Part shown: positions 1 through 9,343 of the stretch, piece by piece
How the letters are laid out: each line of letters opens with the position of its first letter
Position numbering within the stretch: position 1 is the first letter of the stretch
From: an uncultured Butyrivibrio sp.
GTDB lineage: Bacteria; Bacillota; Clostridia; Lachnospirales; Lachnospiraceae
Assembly: GCA_946624415.1 (NCBI GenBank)
Contig: CAMOSB010000002.1
Span: 38,534 to 102,533 of the forward strand
Reading direction: 5' to 3'
DNA length: 64,000 nt
Translations under genes and position numbers: made by a program
Notes under the pieces: model-generated
The model's database searches: none
What the model was told of the DNA's origin: nothing
Seen by the model: the letters and a program-made list of their open reading frames with translations, nothing else

Positions 1-237
1 TGCTCACCTATCTCAGATACAACTATCATGGCAAGTGCCGGTGCACAGTGTGATCATATAGCTCACGTTTCAACACAGCTTCCTTATGCTTTCACAGCTG
101 CAGCTGTTTCCTGCGTAACCTACATCATCGCAGGATTTCTCAGAAGCTGGATATTGAGCCTTCCTATAGGTATCGCGCTGATGGTCATCACCATCCTTGT
201 TATCAAGAAGACTCCGGCTCTTTCAGAAGTGAAGTAA
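1..237 (+). CDS. Na+/H+ antiporter NhaC family protein, C-terminal part (truncated by window)
   Basis: Frame open from base 1: CSPISDTTIMASAGA..HIAHVSTQLPYA, typical NhaC-family C-terminal motif, with hydrophobic helices. Confidence 0.85.
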   Translation, partial: CSPISDTTIMASAGAQCDHIAHVSTQLPYAFTAAAVSCVTYIIAGFLRSWILSLPIGIALMVITILVIKKTPALSEVK

Positions 238-241
238 AAAA

Positions 242-1282
242 TTATGCTCTGATTGCCCAGCGCATCTTGGTGGATTTACTGCGAGGATTTATTCTGCATT
301 CTTCAGCTGATGGTCTTATGACATCTGATGCAACCTCGCTGTAAATCCCCTTTTTCTGTAGTTCTTTAAAGGACTTCTTTACCAGCCTGTCCTCTCCGGA
401 ATGGAAGGTCAGGATAGCCACTCTTCCGCCGCTTTTCAGGATTCCCGGAAGCTTTTCCAGAAATTCATATAGAACTTCAAACTCACTGTTTACATCAATT
501 CTCAAAGCCTGGAAAACTCTTGCACAGCTCTTTTTAACAGTCTTTTCCATTTCATCCTTAGGGGCCTTCCAAAGGGCCTCGGATATGGCGTTTCTAAGGG
601 CAGTTGTAGTGTCCATGGGATCGCCTTTTTTCATTTTGGAAAAGACCTTTTCTGCTATTTCTGTGGCATAGGGCTCATCAGAGTTTTCTATCATCATACC
701 GATAAACTCCTCCTTGCTTATATTGTGAAGGCGCCGGGCAGCTGACTCTCCATGCTCAGGATCCAGGCGAAGGTCCAGAGGACCATCTGTCTTGTAGGAA
801 AAGCCCCTCTCCGGGTCATCAATCTGCATGGAGGATACACCAAGATCGGCCAGGACAAAGTCAAACTGTCCTGCTTCCTCTGCCACCTTATCTATGTCCC
901 TGAAGTTTATAAGCCTGAATTTGAAATTCTCCTCGTTAAAGCCTGCTTCCCTTAGTCTTTCTATGGTCTTCTTTGACTCTATAGGATCAACGTCAAGGCC
1001 ATAGATGCAGCCATTACCCTTTAGCTTTTCCAGCATCTTTCTGGTGTGACCACCATATCCCAAGGTGCAGTCAAGCCCCTGCTGCCCCGGTTTGATGTCA
1101 AGAAAGTCCAATATTTCTTTTACCATGATGGAGATGTGCATCCCGGCAGGCGTTGAGCCCTTGGAGATAACGCGCTCTACTGTGTCCTTGTATTTCTCGG
1201 GATTTCTTTCCTTATATTTCTCTTCAAATTTCTTTGGGTACTTGCCTGAGTAATGTACCCTCCTTTTGTGTTCCTGTTCCAT
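242..1282 (-). CDS. rsmH: 16S rRNA m4C1402 methyltransferase RsmH/MraW family (with basic N-terminal extension)
   Basis: DCTLGYGGH, DLGVSSMQID, GPLDLRLD, FQALRIDVN, TFHSGEDRLVK, NPRSKSTKMR motifs. Confidence 0.9.
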   Translation of the reverse strand: MEQEHKRRVHYSGKYPKKFEEKYKERNPEKYKDTVERVISKGSTPAGMHISIMVKEILDFLDIKPGQQGLDCTLGYGGHTRKMLEKLKGNGCIYGLDVDPIESKKTIERLREAGFNEENFKFRLINFRDIDKVAEEAGQFDFVLADLGVSSMQIDDPERGFSYKTDGPLDLRLDPEHGESAARRLHNISKEEFIGMMIENSDEPYATEIAEKVFSKMKKGDPMDTTTALRNAISEALWKAPKDEMEKTVKKSCARVFQALRIDVNSEFEVLYEFLEKLPGILKSGGRVAILTFHSGEDRLVKKSFKELQKKGIYSEVASDVIRPSAEECRINPRSKSTKMRWAIRA

Positions 1283-1327
1283 ATTTCACCGTTTCTTTTT
1301 TGTGTCTGGTTATCAATTTTTCATATT

Positions 1328-2125
1328 TTAATAAATGGCGGTTATCGCACTGCCAACAGCTATCAGGTCTCTTATTATTCCGAAACACTCCCTGACCATG
1401 TTGTTGGGGATAAAACGAAACTGCATATATGCTGCTATTCCGCAGACTTTGGCGTCCGTCATTTTCCTGGCGATGCCAACTCCGCGAAAGACATGAAAGC
1501 CGTTGGTTACTATGCCGAGTTTAAGGTCCCGGTCCGTGCCCTCAGCTTCTTTTATTATCTCAAGGGCATTTGATATATTGGCTGCCGTATCCAAAGATTC
1601 GGTCTCGGCGATGATCCGCTCTTTAGGGATTCCAAGGGAAATAAGATACTCTTTTCCTCCCTCTCCCTCACTGATATTTTCATTTGGCCCTGTTCCGCCG
1701 GTGGTAATGCAAATGGTATCTTCATTTTCCTTAAGATATGCGCAGGCCTTTTCAAGCCTGTATCTGTAGATGACGCTGGGACCACTTTCACGCATCTGCG
1801 CCCCAAGGACAATTACATAGTCAAGATCCGGCTCTCCCTTATCAAAGAAATGCGAAAGAATTGCTATCTGGCATATCACAAAAGCCAGTGCTATGATGCC
1901 AATAACCAGGTAGGCCACTGTCCTGATCCCCTTGGGAACTTTGAGCCATCTGCCTTCTCCCGCCAGATAAAAGCATAGTCCAAAAAAAGCAGCTGCAGCA
2001 AGCCATATAGTAAAAGACATAGTCCCGCTGGCCACCAGAAAGACCATCAGGGAATAGGCAAGACTCAATATTGCCAATGCTCCCCACAATATTCTAATCT
2101 TTGGTATAAAAAGCGATTGTTTCAA
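1328..2125 (-). CDS. YdcF/DUF218 family membrane protein
   Basis: 3 N-terminal TM helices; VIVLGA, TGG.G..E..SE, E.ESLDT..N, VTNGFH.FR motifs; TTG start with GGAGGAG RBS. Confidence 0.85.
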   Translation of the reverse strand: MKQSLFIPKIRILWGALAILSLAYSLMVFLVASGTMSFTIWLAAAAFFGLCFYLAGEGRWLKVPKGIRTVAYLVIGIIALAFVICQIAILSHFFDKGEPDLDYVIVLGAQMRESGPSVIYRYRLEKACAYLKENEDTICITTGGTGPNENISEGEGGKEYLISLGIPKERIIAETESLDTAANISNALEIIKEAEGTDRDLKLGIVTNGFHVFRGVGIARKMTDAKVCGIAAYMQFRFIPNNMVRECFGIIRDLIAVGSAITAIY

Positions 2126-2175
2126 CTCTTATAACTCCTCCCAAATGATAATCGCATCATGGATGCCTTCATATC

Positions 2176-2743
2176 TTACGGAAGCACCAATGTTGCATTT
2201 TTCAAAAGCGTTTGAATAATTAAATCATACTTTTGTATTCCATAGTCCTCTACAATACTCGTTATTCTTGCTCCAGCATCCTTTGATGAGGCTCCGCAAA
2301 GAAAGACTCTTTCATTCTTTGTTCCATAGTCCAGCACTATGAACCTGTCATGGAACACGCCACCGGTGCGTTGCATAGTGATATTTATCCCCGGATATTC
2401 TTTACAAAAATCCTTAAACTCCACTTTCAGTAAAACACCATGGTAAGTATTATACATTATTTCCGCGACCATCCTTATTCAAGGTCAAGTTTTTTGACCT
2501 TGAAAGTTCATCAACTTCATCCCATGTCATTTGAAATCGGAAATCAGCTTCAAACTTTTTACTATTGTTTTTAACCTGCTGATTAAATGCTTTTGTTGTA
2601 TATCCGTATATCTCAGCCAAATCCGAATCCAACATCACTTTAACTCCCCGAACTACGTACATCTTTTCGCTAAGAAGTTCCTCTGTGATATCGATTACCT
2701 CTATTTCCGTATTCTCAATTTCCTCTTTTTTCTTTCTCCCCAT
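2176..2743 (-). pseudogene. ORF6N-domain DNA-binding protein, with premature stop and internal deletion
   Basis: VRGVKVMLDSDLAEIYGYTTKAFNQQVKNN..FRFQ, then NV*YLPWCFTESGV continues past the TAA; the C-terminal FHDRFIVLD..GASSKDAG part follows in another frame from about 2427. Confidence 0.8.
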
Positions 2744-3032
2744 TTCTATCCCCCCCAGAATATTCCTGCATATTTTTCATTTCCTCATAACAAGCCTTAT
2801 ATCTGTATGCAGTCCTACGACTGATTGCACCCTGATTTACTATCTCCATGATTGTCATACCGCCTTCATATTGAATCACGAAGTCGTTATATGATCGCAT
2901 CCAATGCTCATCATGCTTTTGTCTGCCGGCAAACTTTTTGCTCTTAAAATATTCAAGCTCTTTTTTAAGCTTAGTGTTCTCTTCCTCAAGCTCTTCAATT
3001 CTAATTAAAGCATCTTCAAGTGTTGTGATCAT
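2715..3032 (-). CDS. small coiled-coil + C-terminal HTH (resolvase-HTH-like) protein
   Basis: ATG at 3032 with AGGAG RBS; N-terminal heptad pattern; GMTIMEIVNQGAISRRTAYRY resembles an HTH. Confidence 0.65.
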   Translation of the reverse strand: MITTLEDALIRIEELEEENTKLKKELEYFKSKKFAGRQKHDEHWMRSYNDFVIQYEGGMTIMEIVNQGAISRRTAYRYKACYEEMKNMQEYSGGDRNGEKEKRGN

Positions 3033-3068
3033 AGCTCGTTTCTCCTGTGCCAAAATCTTTATGACACA

Positions 3069-3097
3069 ATTATATTATCGTAGCAAAGCAGTGTCAA
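3069..3097 (-). promoter_or_regulatory. consensus sigma70/SigA promoter for the HTH/ORF6N genes
   Basis: Minus strand TTGACA-17 nt-TATAAT, perfect consensus. Confidence 0.8.
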
Positions 3098-3155
3098 TTT
3101 TATTTTGACATTTTGACACCTTAACCCTGACGCTGAGCAAATCTGCTGCCACGGG

Positions 3156-3203
3156 CAAAACAGAAAGGGAGCCGGGAAGTGCGATGCACTATCCTGGCTC
3201 CCT
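3156..3203 (-). terminator. rho-independent terminator after the PspC-domain gene
   Basis: Stem AGGGAGCCGGGAAGTGC/GCACTATCCTGGCTCCCT with a U-rich tail on the minus strand. Confidence 0.65.
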
Positions 3204-3247
3204 CCGTGTCTTTCGAGGTATTTATGTTATCCGGGGGTAATCAGCTA

Positions 3248-3541
3248 TTAGTCCTCAGGCTTGAAACCCTTGATCGTATCTGAATCGGGTTCATAGCTTG
3301 TCTCGGGTTCTGTGTACTTATATTCTGTATCTACAACCACATCATCAGCAGGATAATCATTCATAATGATGGCTGCAATGATATATGCTGCAACTCCGAT
3401 TCCTGTTGAGAATGCTGCCAGCGCCCATACAATTCTTACAACTGTAGGATCGATGTCAAAGTATTCAGCGATTCCTCCGCAAACACCACAGATCTTTTTG
3501 TCGCGACTCTTATACAACTTTTTTCCATTCATAACTTTCAC
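3248..3541 (-). CDS. PspC domain protein
   Basis: KKLYKSRDKKICGVCGGIAEYFDIDPTVVRIVW. Confidence 0.9.
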   Translation of the reverse strand: MKVMNGKKLYKSRDKKICGVCGGIAEYFDIDPTVVRIVWALAAFSTGIGVAAYIIAAIIMNDYPADDVVVDTEYKYTEPETSYEPDSDTIKGFKPED

Positions 3542-3842
3542 CTCTCTAATAATGTTAAAAAATTATATGTTCAAGTTTTCCCTGTTTCTTATATCAATGA
3601 TTATAAGGTCAGGTCCAACTCGTTTACATAGTAATTTGAGCCATTTGGACGTGGTTATTTTGCTAAAATTGCAAGAATTTGACAATTAGGACTTCAATCC
3701 CGCTCCCAGAGCGGTGTTAATCCTATCTTTATTATAATTTTATTTTTTCTTTATTTTGTCAACAGATGACGGACACAATTTCGACATAATATATACTACG
3801 TGGGGTTGATAAGGAAATAAAAAATAGGGGGTTCCTTTTTCC

Positions 3843-4028
3843 ATGAAAGGCCAAAACAACGCAAAAGTAACACAAGTTCACAAACGCAACCAGCGTATCA
3901 TTGATACTGTAATGATCAATGGCAAGTATGTTGATTCTTCTGCTGCATTCAGGATTGCCGAAAGACTGATCTCTGTATCAGTAGGCATTGTAGCTCTTAT
4001 AGCACTGGCCATTGTTTTCATTTTCTGA
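3843..4028 (+). CDS. small hypothetical membrane protein
   Basis: 61-aa ORF with a C-terminal TM helix, in an otherwise empty gap. Confidence 0.55.
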   Translation: MKGQNNAKVTQVHKRNQRIIDTVMINGKYVDSSAAFRIAERLISVSVGIVALIALAIVFIF

Positions 4029-4093
4029 AGCTTTTGTTTTCTTTACATTTTCCGTTTTTGATCACAAATGCGAAATAGACAAGTCAATAACTG

Positions 4094-5113
4094 TTATCTC
4101 AAGCTGAAATCTGCAGCAATCGGATAGCCTATTTGTGATGCTCTCTCCTTCAGTAGCTGTGTCACTTCATCAACGGTGCTGACAGGTATTCCTGCTTCGT
4201 CAAATTTCTGCTTGAAGGGATTTGAATCCAGATAGAGCTCGTCGCTATAGCTAATATTGTAGTCAGGATCCAGCTCGCAGAGTGTGTAATAGCAATCATG
4301 GGTTTCTTCTTCAGAAGTCCAGTAGGAGATCACCATGAACTGCTCTGCATTGAGACCCTCAAAGTCAAGAACCACATAGTTGCCATCCTTTACGGCGTAA
4401 TAGGAATAAGGGCAGCCATACTCTTCACTACCGTAAAAGAAGTGATATTTTCCTGCTGCATCAATATATGCCTTGTCATAACCATGAACGGTAGCTCCGC
4501 CTGAGCCGTAGCTCTCAATAGTTCCGTCGTCTGCAATTTCAAGACCGCTTCTTGACCACTGGTCACGGCTGTAGATGATATCAAGCTCTCCGCCCATATC
4601 TTTGACGATCATTTCAAGGGTGAACTCCGAGTCAAAACCAAGTTCTACTAAAAGCTCCTGATTTCCATCCTTTCCGCAGTCGATATATCTGTGACTCTGG
4701 TCTCCGGTATATGGATAATTACCGGTGTCATCACCATTTTCACAATTCCTGATGATCTCTTCCAGAGTGTAGGATTCTCCTTCTTTAAGGACATTCCCAA
4801 GATTAATATAGCTGGCCAGGTCTGCCTCTCCGGTAAACTTTGCCTTTGCATTGCCGGAAAGGAAATCTTCGTAAAGCTGGCTCCCCTGTCCTTCATTACT
4901 TACGCCTCCTTCAGCTTCTGCCCCTGCATCACCGGTGTTTGTACCTGCATCTTCAGCGCCTGTCTCTGCATTTTCTGAACTTTGGGCACTCTCATCTCCC
5001 CCGACAGCTTCAAACTGCACTCCGGAAACCCCGGAAGTATCCTTTCCGCATCCTGCCATAAGCATCGATGCAAGCATAGCAGGCAGTATAAATCTTACAA
5101 TTTTCTTCTTCAT
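4094..5113 (-). CDS. acidic lipoprotein of unknown function
   Basis: Signal peptide with lipobox LMAGC; GAGGAGG RBS; acidic low-complexity linker. Confidence 0.8.
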   Translation of the reverse strand: MKKKIVRFILPAMLASMLMAGCGKDTSGVSGVQFEAVGGDESAQSSENAETGAEDAGTNTGDAGAEAEGGVSNEGQGSQLYEDFLSGNAKAKFTGEADLASYINLGNVLKEGESYTLEEIIRNCENGDDTGNYPYTGDQSHRYIDCGKDGNQELLVELGFDSEFTLEMIVKDMGGELDIIYSRDQWSRSGLEIADDGTIESYGSGGATVHGYDKAYIDAAGKYHFFYGSEEYGCPYSYYAVKDGNYVVLDFEGLNAEQFMVISYWTSEEETHDCYYTLCELDPDYNISYSDELYLDSNPFKQKFDEAGIPVSTVDEVTQLLKERASQIGYPIAADFSLR

Positions 5114-5307
5114 AATAATTCCTCCTCATCCAAAAACATACTTTCAAAGTATATCCCCAATAAAGTACCAATGCAAATTTCTTAAGGTCCAGGGCATCTG
5201 AACCCAATGCATATTTAATCGTTTTTTTATTGAATTCAAGTCGTAAAAAAGTTTAAAATTACAATAAGAGCATATGGCTATATTCACAGGAAATGGGAGA
5301 AAAACAT

Positions 5308-6780
5308 ATGAGTTTACAGGATAAACACATCTTAGAAAGCAACAGTCTTGCATTTAAGTTTGCCTTGATCATTCAGGCATTCATGCTGATGTCTACAGTG
5401 ATTTACCGGGCCGGAAGAGAAGGCTTCATGACAACTCCTGTCATGTTGGTTCTTCAGATTATTTTTGTTGCAGCACAGATTTGGGCCTACCTGGTATTCA
5501 GAACAAAGAAGACCGGCCAGCTCATTACTCTGGCAAGCATCAGCATAGCTTACCTGGTAGTTATGATAGGCAGCATTCATGTGCCATATATGTGGGCTTT
5601 CGGTCCCGGCATCTGCATCCTTTCCCTGCTTTATTCAGATCTTAAACTCACCAGTATTTTTTCAGCAATTGTGGTGGGAATAAACGCTTTGTACGTTCCA
5701 CTTTACTTAGTATATTCAGCAGATCCCGAATCCAGGAAGAACATGGTGCTTACCGATCTGGTCTTTGCACTTCTCCTGGCACTGATGGCGATCTTCTATG
5801 TTCGCCTTAGCACAAAGCAAAATCAGGAAACCCTTGAGGAAATACAGGAAGCAGCACTTAAGCAGCAAAAGGACGCTGAAGTCATCCAGTCCATCGGTGA
5901 GCAGATTGCTGAAAAACTCGAGGATGCCAATGAATCCATGGAGGCGCTTTCTGAGAAGGTAAGTGCGACAGCGGAGGCTTCAGATCAGATTTCCCAGTCG
6001 GTTACAATGACCGCCGAGGCTATCCAGACCCAGACCGAGATGAACTCCAATATCACTGAATCCCTTGAAAACATAGCAGAGCAGTCCCGGGAAATGCGAA
6101 AGAATGCCGACGAGGTAACAGAGAATATAGGCGAGGGCAACTCTCTTGTCAAGCAGCTTCAGTCCAAGTCAGACGAAGCTTCCACAATAAATGCGGAGAC
6201 AGCCGAGATGACCTCCAACCTCCAGCATTCCGCCGGCACCGTAAAAGAAATTGTAGACACAATCCTCAGCATTTCCAGCCAGACCAATCTTCTTGCGCTG
6301 AACGCTTCCATCGAGGCAGCAAGAGCCGGCGATGCAGGAAAAGGCTTTGCGGTAGTTGCAGATGAGATCCGCGCCCTTTCAGAACACACCAAGGAGTCTG
6401 CAGAGCAGATTGCATCAACCATCGATGACCTCATCGGAAAAGTCAACCTTGCATCCGGCAACATGGAAAGAAGCGTCGAGTCCGCTAATGAGCAGGGTGA
6501 AATGATAGCTCAGACCGGTGAAAAATTTAAAGTTATCATGGAGAAGGTAGCAGAACTTACTGAACGCGCCACACAGATATCCCAGAATGTTGATGACTGC
6601 GTAGACGCCAATTCCAAAGTTATGGACGCCATCAGCAACCTGTCCGCAACTTCAGAAGAGGTCGCAGCTTCATCCCAGTCCAGCATCGAGATCAGCAAGG
6701 ACTGCGAGAACGATATGATATCCACCAAGGATATCCTGAAAGACATCCTTGAGATCAGCCGAAGCGGAAGAAAAGCATAA
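5308..6780 (+). CDS. methyl-accepting chemotaxis protein (multi-TM sensor)
   Basis: [34 protein letters not shown] signalling hairpin; about 6 N-terminal TM helices. Confidence 0.95.
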   Translation: MSLQDKHILESNSLAFKFALIIQAFMLMSTVIYRAGREGFMTTPVMLVLQIIFVAAQIWAYLVFRTKKTGQLITLASISIAYLVVMIGSIHVPYMWAFGPGICILSLLYSDLKLTSIFSAIVVGINALYVPLYLVYSADPESRKNMVLTDLVFALLLALMAIFYVRLSTKQNQETLEEIQEAALKQQKDAEVIQSIGEQIAEKLEDANESMEALSEKVSATAEASDQISQSVTMTAEAIQTQTEMNSNITESLENIAEQSREMRKNADEVTENIGEGNSLVKQLQSKSDEASTINAETAEMTSNLQHSAGTVKEIVDTILSISSQTNLLALNASIEAARAGDAGKGFAVVADEIRALSEHTKESAEQIASTIDDLIGKVNLASGNMERSVESANEQGEMIAQTGEKFKVIMEKVAELTERATQISQNVDDCVDANSKVMDAISNLSATSEEVAASSQSSIEISKDCENDMISTKDILKDILEISRSGRKA

Positions 6781-6796
6781 ACATCTATATATACGC

Positions 6797-6830
6797 AAAA
6801 TCCCGGGAGACCACCTCTCCCGGGATTTTT
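6797..6830. terminator. bidirectional terminator between the MCP and GH13 genes
   Basis: AAAATCCCGGGAGA-ccacc-TCTCCCGGGATTTT. Confidence 0.85.
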
Positions 6831-6837
6831 ATTACAG

Positions 6838-6868
6838 GCTGTAGACACAGTCATTATCAATACCCGCC
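6838..6868. mobile_element. short remnant of the MITE left end
   Basis: GCTGTAGACACAGTCATTATCAATACCCGC is near-identical to 21347-21376; flanked by direct repeat TTACAGGCT (6832-6840, 6869-6877). Confidence 0.7.
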
Positions 6869-8638
6869 TTACAGGCTAAATACCGCAACGTCAAAGGGTG
6901 CAAGCACACACTTTTCCTTTTCATCGAAAAGCTTAAGCAAAAGTTCCTGGCCCTTGTCGGAAGCAGAATCACACATGCCGACTCCCGCCTCAAGAAGTCC
7001 GTTAAGCTTCCTAAGGTCCACTGTAGCATCCTTTAAGTTGAAGATCATGATCAGTTTATCCTGTTTAAATGCCATGACCCTTTCCACTTCATCTATAAAT
7101 ACCACCTCCGGAACTTCTCTCCAGAGCTCCTCATGCTCGTGCCTGAAGGCAGCGAGCTTTTTGTATGCCTCATGCATTCCGTGATCAGCATACTTTTCTT
7201 CATCCCAGAGCATTCCCCTTCTGTTGTCGGGGTCGTAATCGCCCTCCATTCCCATCTCATCACCGTAGTAGATAAAAGGACACCCCGGGAAGAGCATGGT
7301 CAGAGCTGCAGCTGAGAGCATCTTACCCTTTCCTCCATCCTCACAGGCATAGGAAAGGAATCTCTTGGTGTCGTGGCTGTCCATCAGATTCCACAGAAGC
7401 GGGAACACATCGCTGTGGTATCTTCCCCTTACCTGACCAAGCTTTGATACAAACTCATGGATAGGGCCGTTACCACCGTAGAGCCTTCCAATGGCCTTAA
7501 ACCAGGCGTAGTTCATACAGCTGTCCCATTCGTCCCCCTCAAGGAAGTCCGTGCAGATGTGCCAGTCTTCCCCGACTATCAGGGCATCAGGCTTAATACC
7601 CTTGGCCGCAAGCCTTACCTCTTTCCAGAATTTATGACCGATCTCATCCGCCACATCCAGACGCCATCCATCTATACCATATACTGCCAGATAGTGGCAG
7701 ATAACGCCCTTTACATATTCAAGCGTATCCCTGTTTGTAAGGTTTAACTTGGGCATACCACCGTAGTATCCAAAGGTCTTGTAGTTGGGCTTTCTGTCCC
7801 TGCTGCCCCTGTCCAGAGGAAATTCCTCAATAAAATACCAGTCCTTGAACCTGGAATTCTCCCCGTTCTTTACCACATCCTCAAAGGCAAAGAACTTGTC
7901 GGAGGTATGATTGAACACACCATCCAGCATGATATACATTCCACGCTCATGAGCCTTGGTCACAAGCTCTTTTAAGGCCTCATCTCCGCCAAACTCAGGG
8001 TCTACCTGGTAATAGTCAACGGTATCGTACTTATGCTGTGTGTTGGCTTTGAAAATGGGAGTCAGGTAAATGATGTCCACACCAAGGTCCTTAAGGTAAT
8101 CAAGCTTGTTTATAATGCCCCAGATATCGCCAAAGAGCTTGTCATCCCAGGCGATGGGAGCCTTGTACCACTGCTCCTCAGGCACATACTTAGAGGTGGC
8201 AAACCTTGAAGGGAATATCTGATATACCACCTTGCCTTCGGCCCACTTGGGGAAAAGAGCTACTCCCTCCTCTCTGATAGGCTGAGGGCAGTCAAACATA
8301 TCCTCAATATCAGTCGGCTCATAATCCATAAACTGATCGTCTCCGAAAAAGACCTTATGGTCATGAGTATCAGTTATCTCAAAGAAGTAGCGAAGACACA
8401 ACATGTCGATCTTAACTTCCACCTCAAAATAATCCCTGGCGTCATCTGATGCAATCTTCACCATGGGAACAGAAAACCTGGTATCCACCTTGTCCAGGTC
8501 CACGTACTTGTCCCTTCCGTGAAGAATGATCGAGTTTGCGTCATCCTTTGCTGTAGTGATCCTGATCTTTAAAGTACCGGGTGCGACGCAATAACAGTAT
8601 TCTCTTGTGGCTTTATGCATGATTGCTGCTTTGATCAT
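6869..8638 (-). CDS. GH13 neopullulanase/cyclomaltodextrinase-type alpha-glycosidase
   Basis: YQIFPSRF, HKYDTVDY, DGVFNH, DGWRLDVADE, GEDW, DSHD; true start MIKAAIMHK at 8638 with AAGGAG RBS (ORF track extends into the upstream relic). Confidence 0.92.
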   Translation of the reverse strand: MIKAAIMHKATREYCYCVAPGTLKIRITTAKDDANSIILHGRDKYVDLDKVDTRFSVPMVKIASDDARDYFEVEVKIDMLCLRYFFEITDTHDHKVFFGDDQFMDYEPTDIEDMFDCPQPIREEGVALFPKWAEGKVVYQIFPSRFATSKYVPEEQWYKAPIAWDDKLFGDIWGIINKLDYLKDLGVDIIYLTPIFKANTQHKYDTVDYYQVDPEFGGDEALKELVTKAHERGMYIMLDGVFNHTSDKFFAFEDVVKNGENSRFKDWYFIEEFPLDRGSRDRKPNYKTFGYYGGMPKLNLTNRDTLEYVKGVICHYLAVYGIDGWRLDVADEIGHKFWKEVRLAAKGIKPDALIVGEDWHICTDFLEGDEWDSCMNYAWFKAIGRLYGGNGPIHEFVSKLGQVRGRYHSDVFPLLWNLMDSHDTKRFLSYACEDGGKGKMLSAAALTMLFPGCPFIYYGDEMGMEGDYDPDNRRGMLWDEEKYADHGMHEAYKKLAAFRHEHEELWREVPEVVFIDEVERVMAFKQDKLIMIFNLKDATVDLRKLNGLLEAGVGMCDSASDKGQELLLKLFDEKEKCVLAPFDVAVFSL

Positions 8639-8651
8639 AACAAACTCCTTT

Positions 8652-8709
8652 CGGAAAACGTTTTCCGTGACTTGTTTGATATAATAGCATGCACTTTTAT
8701 ATCTGTCAA
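8652..8709 (-). promoter_or_regulatory. GH13 promoter with LacI-family (MalR-like) operator
   Basis: Minus strand TTGACA-17-TATTAT with TG extension (8681-8709); palindrome CGGAAAACGTTTTCCG at 8652-8667. Confidence 0.75.
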
Positions 8710-8713
8710 ACGT

Positions 8714-9235
8714 TTTTTGCTTAAGCTCTGCTTCCCTCTCAGCCTTAGCGATCTGTGCATTAACAGTTGCTGTCTGGATTGATTTCTGCTGTTCCTGTTC
8801 CTGGATCTGATAAGCAGCATCGGCAATAGCTCCGGCTGTATCAGCTTCCTTCTTAAGTTCTGCCTGCTTGATGGCAAGAGCGTTATTCTTTTCAGCAATC
8901 TCTGTCTGAGCAAGAACTCTTGCATCGTTGGCAGCTTTATCAGCTTCAGCCTGTGCAATGGCTACGTCCCTGTCGGCCTGTGCCTTTGCAACAGCGTCTA
9001 CGTTTACATTGATGAAATCGTTTGTAGGAACTGACTGCTCTGTCTTGATATCAACAGTCATCTGTCCCAGATACAATTTGTCGACCCTTTCAAAGAAGGG
9101 GATCTTAATTCCCGCACGTCCTATAAGGATCCTTGGTGTCCTTCTGATTCCGGATATGATGTAGGCTCTGTCCGGAGGAGCCTTCACATATCCTGCAACA
9201 ATGATCAGCACGATAAGAGCGATCAGTGCAAATAA
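8714..9235 (-). pseudogene. flotillin/SPFH-domain gene relic (5' and 3' truncated, internally deleted)
   Basis: GYVKAPPDRAYIISG..IPFFERVDKL..VPTNDFINVNVDAVAK joined directly to AQADRDVAIAQAEA coiled-coil; no ATG/RBS; in-frame TAA upstream. Confidence 0.8.
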
Positions 9236-9304
9236 TAAAATATATTATTTTCGAGGGCAATTAAGACAGGATATTTCGCGGTTTTGGAGAGCGAAATCTG
9301 CCAT

Positions 9305-9331
9305 AAAGAAACCCCTGTCCTAAGACAGGGG
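9305..9331 (-). terminator. terminator after the EAL gene
   Basis: CCCCTGTC-ctaa-GACAGGGG with a U-rich tail on the minus strand. Confidence 0.65.
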
Positions 9332-9343
9332 CTAATAGATCAT

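Noticed and set aside
2127-2174. Possible 3' gene remnant (YEGIHDAIIIWEEL*) upstream of the YdcF gene
   Set aside because: Too short to assign; overlaps the RBS and may be chance.
2415-2452. Programmed frameshift or stop readthrough joining the ORF6N halves
   Set aside because: No slippery site, and the middle of the protein appears to be missing; deletion plus nonsense mutation is simpler.
6869-9211. 780-aa flotillin-GH13 fusion protein
   Set aside because: A promoter, operator and RBS lie inside the linker; the flotillin part is a start-less deleted relic.
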